NCBI GenBank assembly: GCA_008632985.1
Contig: QPGO01000019.1
Coordinates: 806,001-863,030 of the forward strand
Direction of reading: 5' to 3'
DNA length: 57,030 nt
From: Psammoneis japonica
Taxonomy: Eukaryota
In this document: positions 36,632-48,814 of the stretch, piece after piece
Layout: every line of letters starts with the position of its first letter
Numbering within the stretch: position 1 is the stretch's first letter
Position numbers and translations under genes: made by a program
Notes under the pieces: generated by a model
Seen by the model: only the letters and a program-made list of their open reading frames with translations
Database searches by the model: none
What the model was told of the DNA's origin: nothing

Positions 36632-38322
36632 ATGCGTGGCAGCATTGTCACGATGCACCGACACTGTCACACAAATGCGGGTCAGAGAAAGCCGTGTTCA
36701 AGACGCGCCAAGTTTTCTTTGGTAAGGTGCACGTCGGTTGTTCTTTTCTTCATCTTGTTTTGCGTGCCTGTTTCGTGGTGCGCGGAGAATGAAGAAGAAG
36801 CATCCTCGAACAATGCAAAACCTGTTTGTGACGGAGACTGTAAGAAGCACAGAGAGCTTGAGCATGAAAAGAAGAAAAACGTACTCTTTCTCATGGCAGA
36901 CCAGATGTCGTTCCGAGTGATGGGGTTGACTGGAAATCACATTGTGAAGACGCCCAACATCGACAAATTGGGGTTGTCGGGTGTTGTGTTTAGAAACGCG
37001 TATACACAGAATCCGGTATGCGTGCCATCCCGGTGAGTATCGTAGTCACTGTCGTGCCAATGAATTTTCGACCAAAATTGATATTACTTTGGCTTATGCA
37101 TTTTGCCTGCTTGTTCATCGGTATGTAGTGCCTCCCTGGTCACTGGAATGAAACCATCCAAGGTTGGTGTCTTCTTCAATAAGAATCATGACCGTGATAC
37201 ATTGCGCGATTTCCCTCTGACGATGCCTCGAAGCTTTAGGAACCATGGCTATAATGTTGAATGGTTTGGAAAGGAACACTGGGGCAGTGATAATAAAGGA
37301 GTCGGATTCGGTAGGGGGAATGAAGAGTTCCCGCTGGTTAGACAACGCAATCGACAAAGTAAGCTTTCAAGGAGAAATGGAAATTGGCCGCAAGATGCCA
37401 CCACGTTCGAAGCCGACATGAATCCGACAATTGACGCGGCAATTGCAGATTTGGCTATTAATTTTTTGAAACGACACGGCAGCACCAAGCCCTTCTTTTT
37501 GGGTGTTTCCTTATACATGCCGCACTTTCCCCTGTTAGTGGAAGAAAAGTATTACGAATTGTACAAGGACGTGATGAAGCTTCCCCGAGTAACACAGGTG
37601 ATGGATGACAACATTCCAATAGTTCTGCGAGATCGCCGTGCTCAGAACTATCCAAACTTGACGCCCGACCAGACTTTGAAAGCACGTGCTGTTTACTTTG
37701 GCATGGTGTCGCATGTGGATGATCTAGTTGGTAGGGTGATTGAAGCTCTAGAAGACCAGGGACTTCGCAATGATACCATTATTGTGTTCACGTCAGACCA
37801 CGGAGATCTTATAGGTGAACACGGGCTTTGGTACAAGAACAGTTTCTTGGAGGGATCCGCTAAGGTGCCACTCATGATATCGCACCCACCAGAAATACCT
37901 CCGAGAACCGAAAACTGGGGTCCCGTCCAGTTGATGGATTTATTTCCAACTCTGAGTGAAATGTGCGGGGTTCCAATTCCGTTCGACAAGGTGGATGGGA
38001 AAAGTTTGATGCCCATTGTTCAGGGTAGGGAAATGGGTGGGCACGACATGCGAGTGTTGAATCTTACGACAAGGAAATAGCTGGGCGCATGGTTCGTTAC
38101 AAGAAATGGAAATACAGTTGGTATGAGGACGGAAACGGGGTAGGACGGTACTTGTACAATGTGAAAGACGACCCAGCTGAAGAATTCAATCTTTACAATG
38201 TGACGGAGTACTCCGATTTGATCACGGAGTTGCACAAACTATCGATGGAAGACTTTGTGCCTCTTAAAAATCGTCTGCGAATGTTGTCAGAGAAAGATGC
38301 AGAGGAAGACTGGATGTGGTGA
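36632..38322 (+). CDS. Sulfatase (formylglycine-dependent, choline-sulfatase-like)
   Basis: NVLFLMADQ, TPNIDKL, CVPSRASLVTG after splicing intron 37033..37128, GKEH, PFFL.VS..PH.P, FTSDHG..GEHGLWYK, DLFPT. Apparent frameshift near 38040-38090. Confidence 0.92.
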
Positions 38323-38479
38323 GAGGTTAGAGTATGAGGAACGTGCTACGAAAGAAGCACTGAAGAGTCATTCTGGCTTGTAACATCTGGAGTGACGTTA
38401 CTTTGCTTTACGTCGTAGCCCCCTCGGGAATACCGAAGTAAATAGAAATCTACAGTGCTGCCAATTCTCTCACCCGTCC

Positions 38480-41400
38480 TTAGCATCACATCTTGTGCTA
38501 ATTTGTGGATGGAGAGTGGAGAGGACTCTGCTGGCGCAGTTGCTGAAGCATCCCAAAACCGAAGCTGGACGGGAGGCTCTCCAGCACCCCCACCATGCGA
38601 AGATTAAGGCCAAAAGCACACTGGAAGGGCTGGAGGGCTGTTACTGTCAAGATTGGGACCGAGGACAAATTGGCTTCTTGCAGAAGAAACAAGCATGACC
38701 CGGGTGAAATTGCACATGATGGACTTGGCTTGAAGGGCAGGGCAGCAGGCCCAGAGTTGCATTGTGTTGACATTGACATGAGCACACAACAGGACCATGT
38801 TGCACCAGCTGCTTGAGGACAGCAGCTTGAAACACTGGCAGGGTTGAAGCCAAAGGTGTGAGACAAGAGGGTGAGGACTGTGACACGCAGCACATTCATG
38901 ATGTTGCTTGGCTTGGGGAGATGCCAGACCAACATCTGTTGTCAAGGTGAGCAACCAGCAGTGTGTCACAGGTGGTGCACTGTTGGCTGCACCATTGGAG
39001 ACACAAAGGTGAGCTGGGGCATCCCATGCAGCCAAGGCTGATGACTTTGCCACAGATGTTGTTCTTTTGCATGGTGAAAGCTGAGGAAGAAAAAGTGGCT
39101 GCATCCAGCTGGGTGTCGCCAGTGTCTGAGAAAAAGCTCAAACAACCAATTGACACAGCGCTGCTTGCCAGCTGGTGCTGGCACCCCTTTCAGGCTTTCA
39201 GCCAGCTGACAAGATGCAAAACAAATCTGGGTTTAAAGTGCCATCACTCCTTTGCCAGCTGGCATTTCCAGAAAACAGTCAAGTGCTGCAGAAGTTGACA
39301 GGGACTGACAAGATGCAAAACACTTGAGAGGGATGTGTCAGATCAGCACCTTGGAAGGGAAAAAAGGGTGAAACTTGCACCTCAACTCACACGTGTGTGA
39401 TCAAGGGGGGCAGTGCACCATCAGCTGAAAATTTGGCCAGCTGACCAACAAGCCCTTGTTGCTGGCATGAGCTGCTTGTGGCCATCTTTGTGTCAGCCAT
39501 GAGCTGTCCATCCTGTGTGGTTTGATGTTGGGCTCCTTGGCTCTTGGTTGGTTTGACAGCTGCGTGGCTGTGCAGTGTTGTGGTTTTCTCTTGCTGAAGC
39601 TGAGCTCCCATGCCAAGCTCAAAAGGCTGACGCTCTTGAGCAGCAGCTGTGTTGGCCAGCCAGGGGGCTGCTTGGCCGTGTGTGCAGTGTTCAGAGGAGA
39701 GAAGCTCAACAAGGGAGCAAGGTTGTGGAAGCAGTGCTGAAAATTGCCCAGCAGGGGGTCTCAGTCTCCAGATGACAGAAGTGGTGATGGACAAAGCTGT
39801 CAAATCTCTTTGCAGCCAGTTGGCCATTTGGAGGGTGTGTTGTGCCGCTGCAATGCCCCCACATTCCACGCAGCATTTTGATGAGCTGGCAGCCCCTCAA
39901 GATGACTGTCACAGCTGATGACATGCTGTCAGTCAGTTGCTTGGCATCATGGCTGCAGGAGGTGCTTGTGAGCATGCAGCTGGTGTGACTGGTGGGTTTG
40001 GCAATGCCATCAAGCACATGGAGATGGTCACAAGCGGCTCTGGCACAAAACTCCAAGCCACCTGTGAGGATGTGCTTGTGCATGAGCCTGTTCTGTTTCT
40101 CTCTGAAACTCCTGCTGCAGCTGAAAACATGCTTGGGGTGTCTTCACCATCCTGCTTGTGCTGTGGACAATGGCTGTGATCCTCCTGCTGCTTTGTCTGT
40201 TGCCAAGGCCAGTGCAATGTTTTCAAAATGTCCATGCACAGTGCTGCTGCCACCACCTTGGCAACCACCAGGGTGTGCCCATCCTCATTGACCACCATGG
40301 CCAAGGCAGCCATTGCAGCATGCTGCTGCCTGATGACCTGGCCCCAGAATGTGGCTGCACTGCTCCAGCCAGGTCTCAGAATGGTTGCTGGCAGCAGCGA
40401 ACAATGCTGACAATGTTCTGGCACCATTGTGGTCATTGTTGCAATTTTTTGGCTGCAGTGGAGCAGAGCCTGTGCTTCTGGGTGGGTGCAGGTGGCAGAT
40501 CCAGTGCCCCCCCCCTGCTGTGCCACCAGCATGGGCTGGCTGCTGCTGCACAAAGGATCCCACTGGTGCCATTCCCAGTGGCTGCAAGCAGGATTGCTGG
40601 TGGCACCACCAGCTGGCGATGCCTTTTTCCAGCCCACAAACTGGTGGTGGAATGATTTGCAGCAGCTGTGGACAAGAAAGACAGTCTGGGTTTGTCGCAG
40701 GTGCCAGTGCTGGAGGAGCACAGTTCACATTGTGTGTCAAGCCCATGCAAAGCCCGCTGAAAATGCCAAGTCTTGTTGCTGCCCATGATGTCACAAAGCT
40801 GAGTGCCAAGACACACTGACAGAGGCCAGTTGAAGCCCTCCAGCCAGCAACAGCAACAACTGGTTGAAATGAAATGGCACAAAAAGGAGGTTGTTGCTTT
40901 CTTTTGGAGCGGGCAAAGTGGAAAGTGTGTGCACTGCAACAGCAAAGGACAATCACACTCAGAAGACAGCGCAATTTCAGCACAAGATCTGTGTGAGAGA
41001 AACCTTGCTTCCAAAGATGAGTCTTGTCTTGCCAAAGACAGGCTGCATTTCACACTTGTGCAGGCCCTGGAATGACACAGTGAGGAGCTCACCACTCAGA
41101 ACTTAGAGCAGTGAGCTTGGCAAGCCAGCAAGCAGAAAAAAGGGATGTTCGGGACTTCTTCTTGTTGCAGGTGTGAAGTGGACAGCCTTGTTGATCACAT
41201 GAAGAGATGGGTGTTGGAAGAAACATTTCTTCTCCCATGGAGACAATGCCAGATCTTGCACAGAAATGCAGATCTGCACAGCACGTGGACAATGGGGTTG
41301 TTGGGTGATGTGCTGAAGGTTTGTCCAAATGAAAACTCAGCTCACACAGTTGATGATGTGGGCGGTGGTCATTGGTGGACTTTTTCTGAAGTGTCCAGAA

Positions 41401-41587
41401 TTTGTGCTGGGTCCTGTGCAGAAAATGTGCCAAATCTGCAGAGAATTGCCAGAAAGAAGGACAATGAGTGCACGAGCCAGCACAAGGCAGGCTTCGATGC
41501 CAGCTGTTCTCTGCTGAAAATTGTTCATGTGATGCTCAAATGAGGGTGTGTGTCATTGGCAGAAATGAGCAAAATGGTCTTGGGGGG
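38480..41587 (+). mobile_element. Heavily degenerate DIRS-like (tyrosine-recombinase class) retrotransposon
   Basis: Ordered remnants across frames: K.KRLT (~39615), SV.R, (L)PFGG..P (~39825), DD (~39918), E.P....LG (~40110), HSQW (~40570). TpA- and CpG-depleted. The assignment rests on decayed motifs only. Confidence 0.45.
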
Positions 41588-41659
41588 NNNNNNNNNNNNN
41601 NNNNNNNNNNNNNNNNNNNNNNNNNNNNNNNNNNNNNNNNNNNNNNNNNNNNNNNNNNN
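41588..41659. other. Assembly gap (72 N) adjoining a G run
   Basis: Run of n characters in the sequence. Confidence 0.99.
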
Positions 41660-42106
41660 GCAGGAGGGGGGCTGCGAGCAGGTGGCTGACGTCCACCAGA
41701 AAGCTCCTCCGTTGCAGACAGTTCCCTCCACCTCCTCCAACCTCTCTGGTGTGGAACAACTGCTCCAGTGGCAGCAAGGGAAAAAATGATTTGTCATTGG
41801 CGTCACAAGTGTGGCATGGCTGTCATGGTCGATGCGCCCGGGGCTCGACTCCACTTGTGCGTGCGTGGGAATCACATCATGCATTTTGTCCAATCATGGT
41901 GCCCCCTGCTCCCTTTCGGCAAACGCCGGCCGGCGCAAGTGTGCGGGCTCTGTCCGCCTGTCCGCCAAAATCTCCAGCCAAGCAACAAACAAAAAAACCA
42001 AAAAACGAAGACAACGCAATAAGCACAAGAACATTGTGCCTTGCCTTGGCGTCCCGCATCCCGCATCCCAATACAATACGGTAGCATATCCCAACCCAAC
42101 AAAATT

Positions 42107-43248
42107 ATGATAGATGCCAAAGTGGTATTGCAGGTGTTCTTGGTCGTCGTCGCTTCTCTTTGCGACAAGAAAAAGCATGTCGCCGCTTTCAAGCCCCCTT
42201 CTAATGACGGCCGACCCTATCACTACGTGTCAGATGTTCGGGTACACGAAAATCTTACATTATCCGAGGAAGAAAACCAGCCAATTTCAGTGTCACACTT
42301 TACAACCATTGGAATGACACAACTGGGCGACAGTAGGGAGGACTACTACAAGGCAACGTCAGCCATTTTTGCGGACGAAGCTAATTTGAAAAGGTTATCG
42401 GTACCTGGATTGATGGATTGCCACTATGTCATTTACTCATCAAGATCAGGGGCGCAATTATGGGGAACTTTGCATGAAGGAACGCGATTTGGAGGGTTCG
42501 TACCACATTTTCAGGGAAAGTCCAAGGTCCAGCTCTGCATCCTTTCCTTGAAACCAACTTTTCCCAGAGAAACAGCTCCAGACGAATGTGAAGCTTGTGG
42601 AGAGCAGCTTGACGGTTGCCTCATGGGCGTGCACGACGAATGCGGCAACGCTGTAAATTTTTTACAGGCGGACGATAAAGACCAGATAGAGATGATGAAA
42701 ATGGTTGCCCAGACGAAGGATGGTGTGGTTTCGTCTGGGTTTGGGTTTGCAAACCCAGACACTAGAGAATTCTTTTTTCTTTCGACTTTGATTGCCCCAA
42801 TTATGGGTTCTGTGGTCAGATCAGACCACTTCCTAAGACTGCAACAGTGCAGCTATCATTATTTGCGAGAGAGGTATCTACCTATCCCTCTGTGAAAGAC
42901 TACGAGGAACTCGAGATCAACAGCAATTATTCCATGGCAAGTCAGTTCTTTGGTTCGGGAAGTTTTGCTGAAGACAACTTAGACGTGAGCAAGAATAATG
43001 CTTATGCCTTGATCGTGGGCCATGTGGTTGAAGCCGAACTTCGAACAAACGAGCTTACGGGGGAGCCATTTTACTGGGCACTGGTTCGGACAGCTGGTGA
43101 CATGGAAATTGACGTTGTGATCCATCCAACTTTGCTGAAAACGTGTGTTGTGGACCCACCAAAAGTTGGCGGGGTCGTTCGTTGCTACGGTTGGTTGTCT
43201 GGTCTTTTGCTCGAAAGACATTTCATTATCAATAAGCTGCAGCCATAA
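42107..43248 (+). CDS. Hypothetical protein with signal/plastid presequence and bacterial-like body
   Basis: MIDAKVVLQVFLVVVASL...AAF presequence; SHFTTIG, SGAQLW, PHFQG, and C-terminal TNELTGEPFYW...EIDVV...P.VGGVV...WLSG. No intron seen; one or more frameshifts near 42800-42890. Confidence 0.65.
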
Positions 43249-43399
43249 CATGCAATAACCTTACTTTTTCATACAAGTCGAACTTCTTCTCTCAATTGTC
43301 GCGACATGCCCTTCGCGTGAACATGATTTGTCCCCACAAAACATCAATGGCTAGCTCCTCGTCAATCATCTGTGTGCCCTTGCCAGAGACAACGTCCCA

Positions 43400-46300
43400 A
43401 CACTGAAATATGTAACGAAGAACTCAGAGCACTCAGCCTGTGGAGAGCAGAAAGAATGACTCACAAACACTCAGAGACCCCTGTTGGCACTTGGGCAGTC
43501 AGTCATCATCTTTGTTCTCTGTCTGATTTCCCTCCTTGGCCTCCTTTCATGCATGCACCATGCCTCCTTTGCCAAGCCAACTGAGGATACATTGGTGCAC
43601 CTGAGTCAGGGGTGAGGGGGTGGACCAGCTTGCTGGATGGGTGTCAGACAGACAATTGCATCAGTGCAATGTCAGTTCAGTGGGTGGGTTTGCCAAGGAG
43701 GTTGGAATCAAGCTGGCACACCACATGTTGTTGGAATCAACACAGAGTTTTCACAGAGTTTGCAGTTGGACAAAGAGCAGATGGCTGGGAACCCCTTGTC
43801 AGGATGGTCCAAACAACATGCAACAAGACTGCAACCTCTCAGCACCCAGCCAAACATCACCACAGGAGTGCTCTTTCAAAAAATTCTTTTCAAAACAAAT
43901 GATGTGTTGGAGTGAATTGTGTGACTTGTCAGCCACCCACAATGTGGCAGAACAAACAAAACCAGAAAGCAGTGGGCATCATGGTGATGTTGATGTGCCA
44001 CACAAAGTGGCAGAAAAGTGTGCCATGAGTCATTTGCAACAAACAAACAGCACCTTGGAAAACAGCTGGTGGTGCTCACACTGCTCCAGTGCACCTCTTC
44101 CTTGCACATGTGACACAAGAGCAAAAAACAAGAGAGCAGTGCCAGACAGCCTTAAAAGCAACCAAACACTGTGAGCTGGCAATGACAAAATGGGTTTTCT
44201 TGCTGCTTCAGCCAGTTGGCAGCGTGTTTCTGACACAATGCCCCATGACTTGTCAAGACAGAGACAGTGCTTGCCCAGATTGCAAATGAATCTCAAAACA
44301 ATGCCTCTGTGGAAAAAGCTGACAATGACAGGGCCCACATCACACAAGTGTGCCATGGCCACTGAGGAGCAATTGTGCTGCATTGGTGTGCAAACAATCT
44401 TCCACAAAGAGGGTTTTTTTGTGCAAGGATTTGTGTGAGCCAGTCACAGGATGCTCAACATGCTGCATGGAGCAGGCACTGCAGCGCACATGGCAATGAA
44501 TCCCAAAACAACTTGTCAATGCATGCTCCATGCACAGTGAAAACAAAAGTGTCAGAGGAGCAGTGCATCTGTCATTCATTTGCAAGCCAAGAGCAGTTGA
44601 ACATTTTCAGCAACGTGCAAGGCATTGGTGTGGATTTTGTTGTTTTTGATTGTCCCAAGCTTGAAGAAGCCCAGCACAGGCCTCTACAAAATCCAGTGCA
44701 GACCTTGACAGTGTTTGCATTTGATGCATTGCAGCAGGCAGGCACTCACTCGAAATTGTGCCAGAGCTTGCACACACCATCCTGACAGAGACTCGCCACA
44801 AATCCACAGCTCTTTTCAGGCTTCCAAAGCCCTGAGGTGGTGCAAAGTAAAAAACATGTGGGGACTTTCTTCTGCACACCATTTTAAGTGAAATGGGAGT
44901 CACAGGAGCTGGTTGTTGCCAATGCTGTGTGTGCACATTTTTAAAATTGACACACAAAAGCACGTGAAGCTTTTTTTGGCAAACCACATGGCTGGTTGCT
45001 GGTGAAGTCACGTGTGCAATGCACAACATCAACTTTGTTTCAGCGATCACTCATTGTCATGCACTTCTCTTTTTGACATGACATGTTGTGCAAACAGCAG
45101 TGTGCTGCCAAGGCAAAAATGAGGGCCGATGCTTTTTGAGCACCCAGGCACTTCTTGTGCTGTCTCTTGGCTGCCCATCAAGTTGCTGTGAAGTTGTGCC
45201 TTTTGAAACATTTTCCCATGCAAGCAATCACTTCAAACCTCAGAGCAAAAACCATGACCAGTTTTGCCAATGACTCTGCACCAGCTTTTCTTTTTGTTGA
45301 CTGACCAAACAGACCAAAACTTTTGCAAAACAGCTTGGCAGTTTTCACCAGAGGAGTCAAGGAGACAGACATTGGTTGAGAGCACACACGGCACTTGGTT
45401 GGCAGAAAGAAGTGCAGCATTTGACAGCATCCTGGGAGACCATTGACGTGCTGCCATTTTTTGTGCAGAAAGCAAAGAAATTCATCACACAGTGATTCAG
45501 TTCTGCAGCATGTAAAAGTTGCATCAGCTTTGACTTGCTCAACTAAATTTATAAAACGGAAACCTGGAGCTCAACCGACCTTGAATTTTTCAACAATTCC
45601 TTGCAATCACGCATGAAATTAGATTTCATGGAATCTCACCAAATGACAATGAAAGGCAAGTTTCAAGATGTTGTTGCAACCTCAAAACTGCAGTGGCATT
45701 TGGAGCACCTTCCACGACCCTCCACTTTGCTTGTTTGAGTGACCCTTCCTCAGATGTGCTCCAAATGGTGAGCTCATTTTGACAAAGCATCAGCTTCAAA
45801 TTGGTGCTTGATTTTCTGTGTGGAGTCTGCCATGACTTCCAGCATTTGACACCACATGGCAAACACTTGATTGTAAAATGAGCTCAAACTGGATTGACAT
45901 GATCGTCTTTTCCCTTTCCGCTTCTTGCTGTTTTTGAATGCTTTTGATGTGAAACTGTCACCGTGTGTGCAGTGCTGTCTCATGATTAAAAGAGCTCTTT
46001 GCAAAATGGATTTGTGCAGGTTGCAGCTCTCAAACCAAGTCCACATTCCAAAATCTTTGTGCTGCTGAGCTGCTTTTGACCGTCATTCACTCCTTTCTGT
46101 CTTGATGATTGATGTCATGGGCATTCAATGTTGTCAATGAGAATTCTTTTTTGTTTCAATGGATGAAAGATGTCTCAATCCACAAGACAAACAAGTTCAA
46201 AGCAGAGTCAGATGTTTTGATCACACCTTTTGCTGGAGACCGTGGTGATGAGTGCAGGTCACTCACTCAAGTCACCAACAGGAAAGACAGAGACTTGGAA

Positions 46301-48630
46301 ACATGTTGCACTCCTTTGGTGATGTTTGAAACAGATTGGAGTGTCGATGCAACATGCAGTTGTTGTTCTGTCCAACATGAAGATTTCTCCTGAAGGTCAT
46401 TCATGGCCTCAGTGAACTGCACCCCAGATGATTGGATCACGACATTTGTCAACAATGACGCCCTGAGATGTCAAGTGGTAGAGAAGCAAAACACTGTTCA
46501 GTTGGGTGTTTGCAATGCAAATGTGAGGTTAAAAACCAGCAAACAACTGGACATTGCAACATGTGTGTCAGGTGTCAACACGCCTCAAGCTGTGAGACAA
46601 ATGACTTGCCATTGTGATCACCATCAATGACTGGACCAATCACAGATCACACAACAACAACGGGAATGAGGTCTCTGCTGCCTCTTCCTGACTGCATGAA
46701 TCCACTGACACAATTGGCTGTGTTTTTCAAGACAACAGCAGTTGGCATTGCACCGTGCAAGTGCGTTTCTGCTGTCTGCACTGCCGCTCTTTGCTCAGTG
46801 CCAAAAATGCACAAGTCATCAAACAACATTCATCCTTCTCAAGAAGGTGACACACAGTGATCAGCAGCCTTTCATGCCCACAGCCATGAATGAAAAGGGG
46901 TTCTGATGTGTCACACAGCAACAGCGCAGACTGCCAGGATGAGACAGAAGCAACAAACTGACAGTCATGGAGGTGGCAGTTGGTGTTTTTTGAATTGGAA
47001 TTTTGTGGATTTCTCTGCACGTGCACGCTGTCCCCCATTTTTTAAATGTCCAGGTCTCTGCATTTGTTGGTCATGAAAAATGTGGAATGATCCTCATGCA
47101 GAATTGTGCATGCAGCAAGAGAGCTTCATGAAACTCTGACATCAATGCAAGAAATTTCCACACAAGTGACACCATCCGCAATTTGTTGGTCATGCTGCAA
47201 ACCAGAAAATCTGCAGTGGAACCCCTGCTTCTCCTCCCTCCCACCATCATTGCATCACTCCTTCTTCTCACCTCCGCATGGTCTGCCTGCTCCCTCCCTC
47301 CCCGCTCTGGCTGAGGCGCGCCACTTGTCAAGCTGCGTGGGGTTGATGTTTCTCAGAACCCTCTGCTTCTTCTTCTTGCAGCCCCTCTTTCTTGCCCCAC
47401 CCAACATGAGGTGGCATCTTCCTCCTCCCCTTTGTCATCAATCACCTTGGTGGCTGGCCTTGGCTCTCTGTCATTGACATCTCTTTGGCTCCACCTGCTC
47501 TCAGCCCAAACTCCCTTGGCCCTCCTCCTCTGCACTTCAAAACTCTGGTGCTTCCCACTCAGCATCTTTCTCCATGCATTGGCTTCTTTGCCCACCCCCT
47601 GTGCCTTCTGCCAGCTTTGCCTGAAACCACCTTTCCAGTGAGCCACACTTTGGTGGCATGCTTTGCGCTCCTCCTCTTCATCTCAATGGGTTGTCCAAGT
47701 GCTGAGGGGCAGCCCAGCATGCCATCTTTCATGCATGCCCTTTGCTCACTCTCCTCCCTCTGCACTCCTTTTTCAAGCAGACCGCAGTTGTTTGAATGAT
47801 TTCTTGTGTCTTGGCAATGTCTGCTCTTTTGCTGATCATGAATTTTCAAGAATTGGCTGATCCAGTTGTTGAGCTTGACACCCTTGATGGCTCCAGCCTT
47901 TGTCAGGTCATGTCACTGGGGTTGGGAAAGACCCATCATGCAGCAGCTGCTCTTCTTGTGTTGGCAGTGAGTGCAGCATTCCACATCCATTGACTGAGCA
48001 TCATGCAAACCATCTCATCATTCAAAATGCATGCATGTCTTGTCTGACTCTGCACAAAGTCCTTTGAGTGTGATTTTGTCATGGACAGGGAGTTTGCCTT
48101 TTCTCACAAAGATTAAGAGCACCCAGGTGGTTGGCCAGTTAGAGTGCGCAAAATTAGTTTCCATGTGGCTTTGTGGAAAATTGGGTGCAGTTGACAATGG
48201 CAGCAGCTGGTCTTTACTCTCATCACAACAAAGCTTGGGGGGAGTGAAGACAGCCCAGCATGGGTGTGCAGCCAAGAGCATGCTCAAGGAGAGAGCAGCA
48301 ACTGCCCATGCCACACATTGGCAGGCAAGAATTTGGAGCATGCTCTGGCCCCACTGGCCTGGCTCCTTTGCCCCAATCTCTGGGGAGCAGAAAGCTCAGC
48401 AAGGTTTTGGGACTGCTTGGGCAGGGCCCCCCAAACTGGCAGCTCTGATCTCCCATCACAAAGACAACTGTGCTGGCACACCACCAGCTTCAATGACAGT
48501 CACAGCAGACCGCCTTTGAAAAGTGTCTTCACAATTCTCACCACACACAAGAGGAGGCAATCTGTTCTGGTTTGCAACATGACCAACAGGAAGTTCTCTC
48601 ATGCGATTCTGCTTGAGGACTGGCTTTCTG
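43400..48630. mobile_element. Nested degenerate repeats (unclassified), TpA- and CpG-depleted
   Basis: Depleted composition throughout, with many overlapping spurious ORFs; no domain confidently identified. Confidence 0.5.
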
Positions 48631-48806
48631 TTTGTGACTCCAACACACATTTTCAGTTTGCTGCGCATGCACACTGCAGTTGCCCCTCACAATTTGCTGC
48701 TGTGCATGATGTTTCTCACACAGGAACCAATCCAAACAACAACAAAATGATCAAACAAAGATGATGAAATCCTCTTCATTCTTCCTTTTTGTGACAGGGA
48801 AGGCAG
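48631..48806 (+). repeat. Left copy of a ~176-bp direct repeat flanking the inverted Penelope pair
   Basis: tttgtgactc...gtgacagggaaggcag, nearly identical to 54320..54496. Confidence 0.92.
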
Positions 48807-48814
48807 CTCTGTGT

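Noticed and set aside
2525..43248. Frameshifts in the ABCG, helicase, fibrillin-like, sulfatase and other genes as pseudogenisation or programmed frameshifting
   Set aside because: Motifs are intact on both sides, several shifts sit in short homopolymers, and unrelated genes are affected alike. Long-read assembly indels are the simpler explanation; read remapping would settle it.
45000..46700. Possible P-element-like or other DNA transposase remnant
   Set aside because: Only vague motif echoes (e.g. SQDAV); too decayed to assign without HMM searches on a TA/CG-restored sequence.
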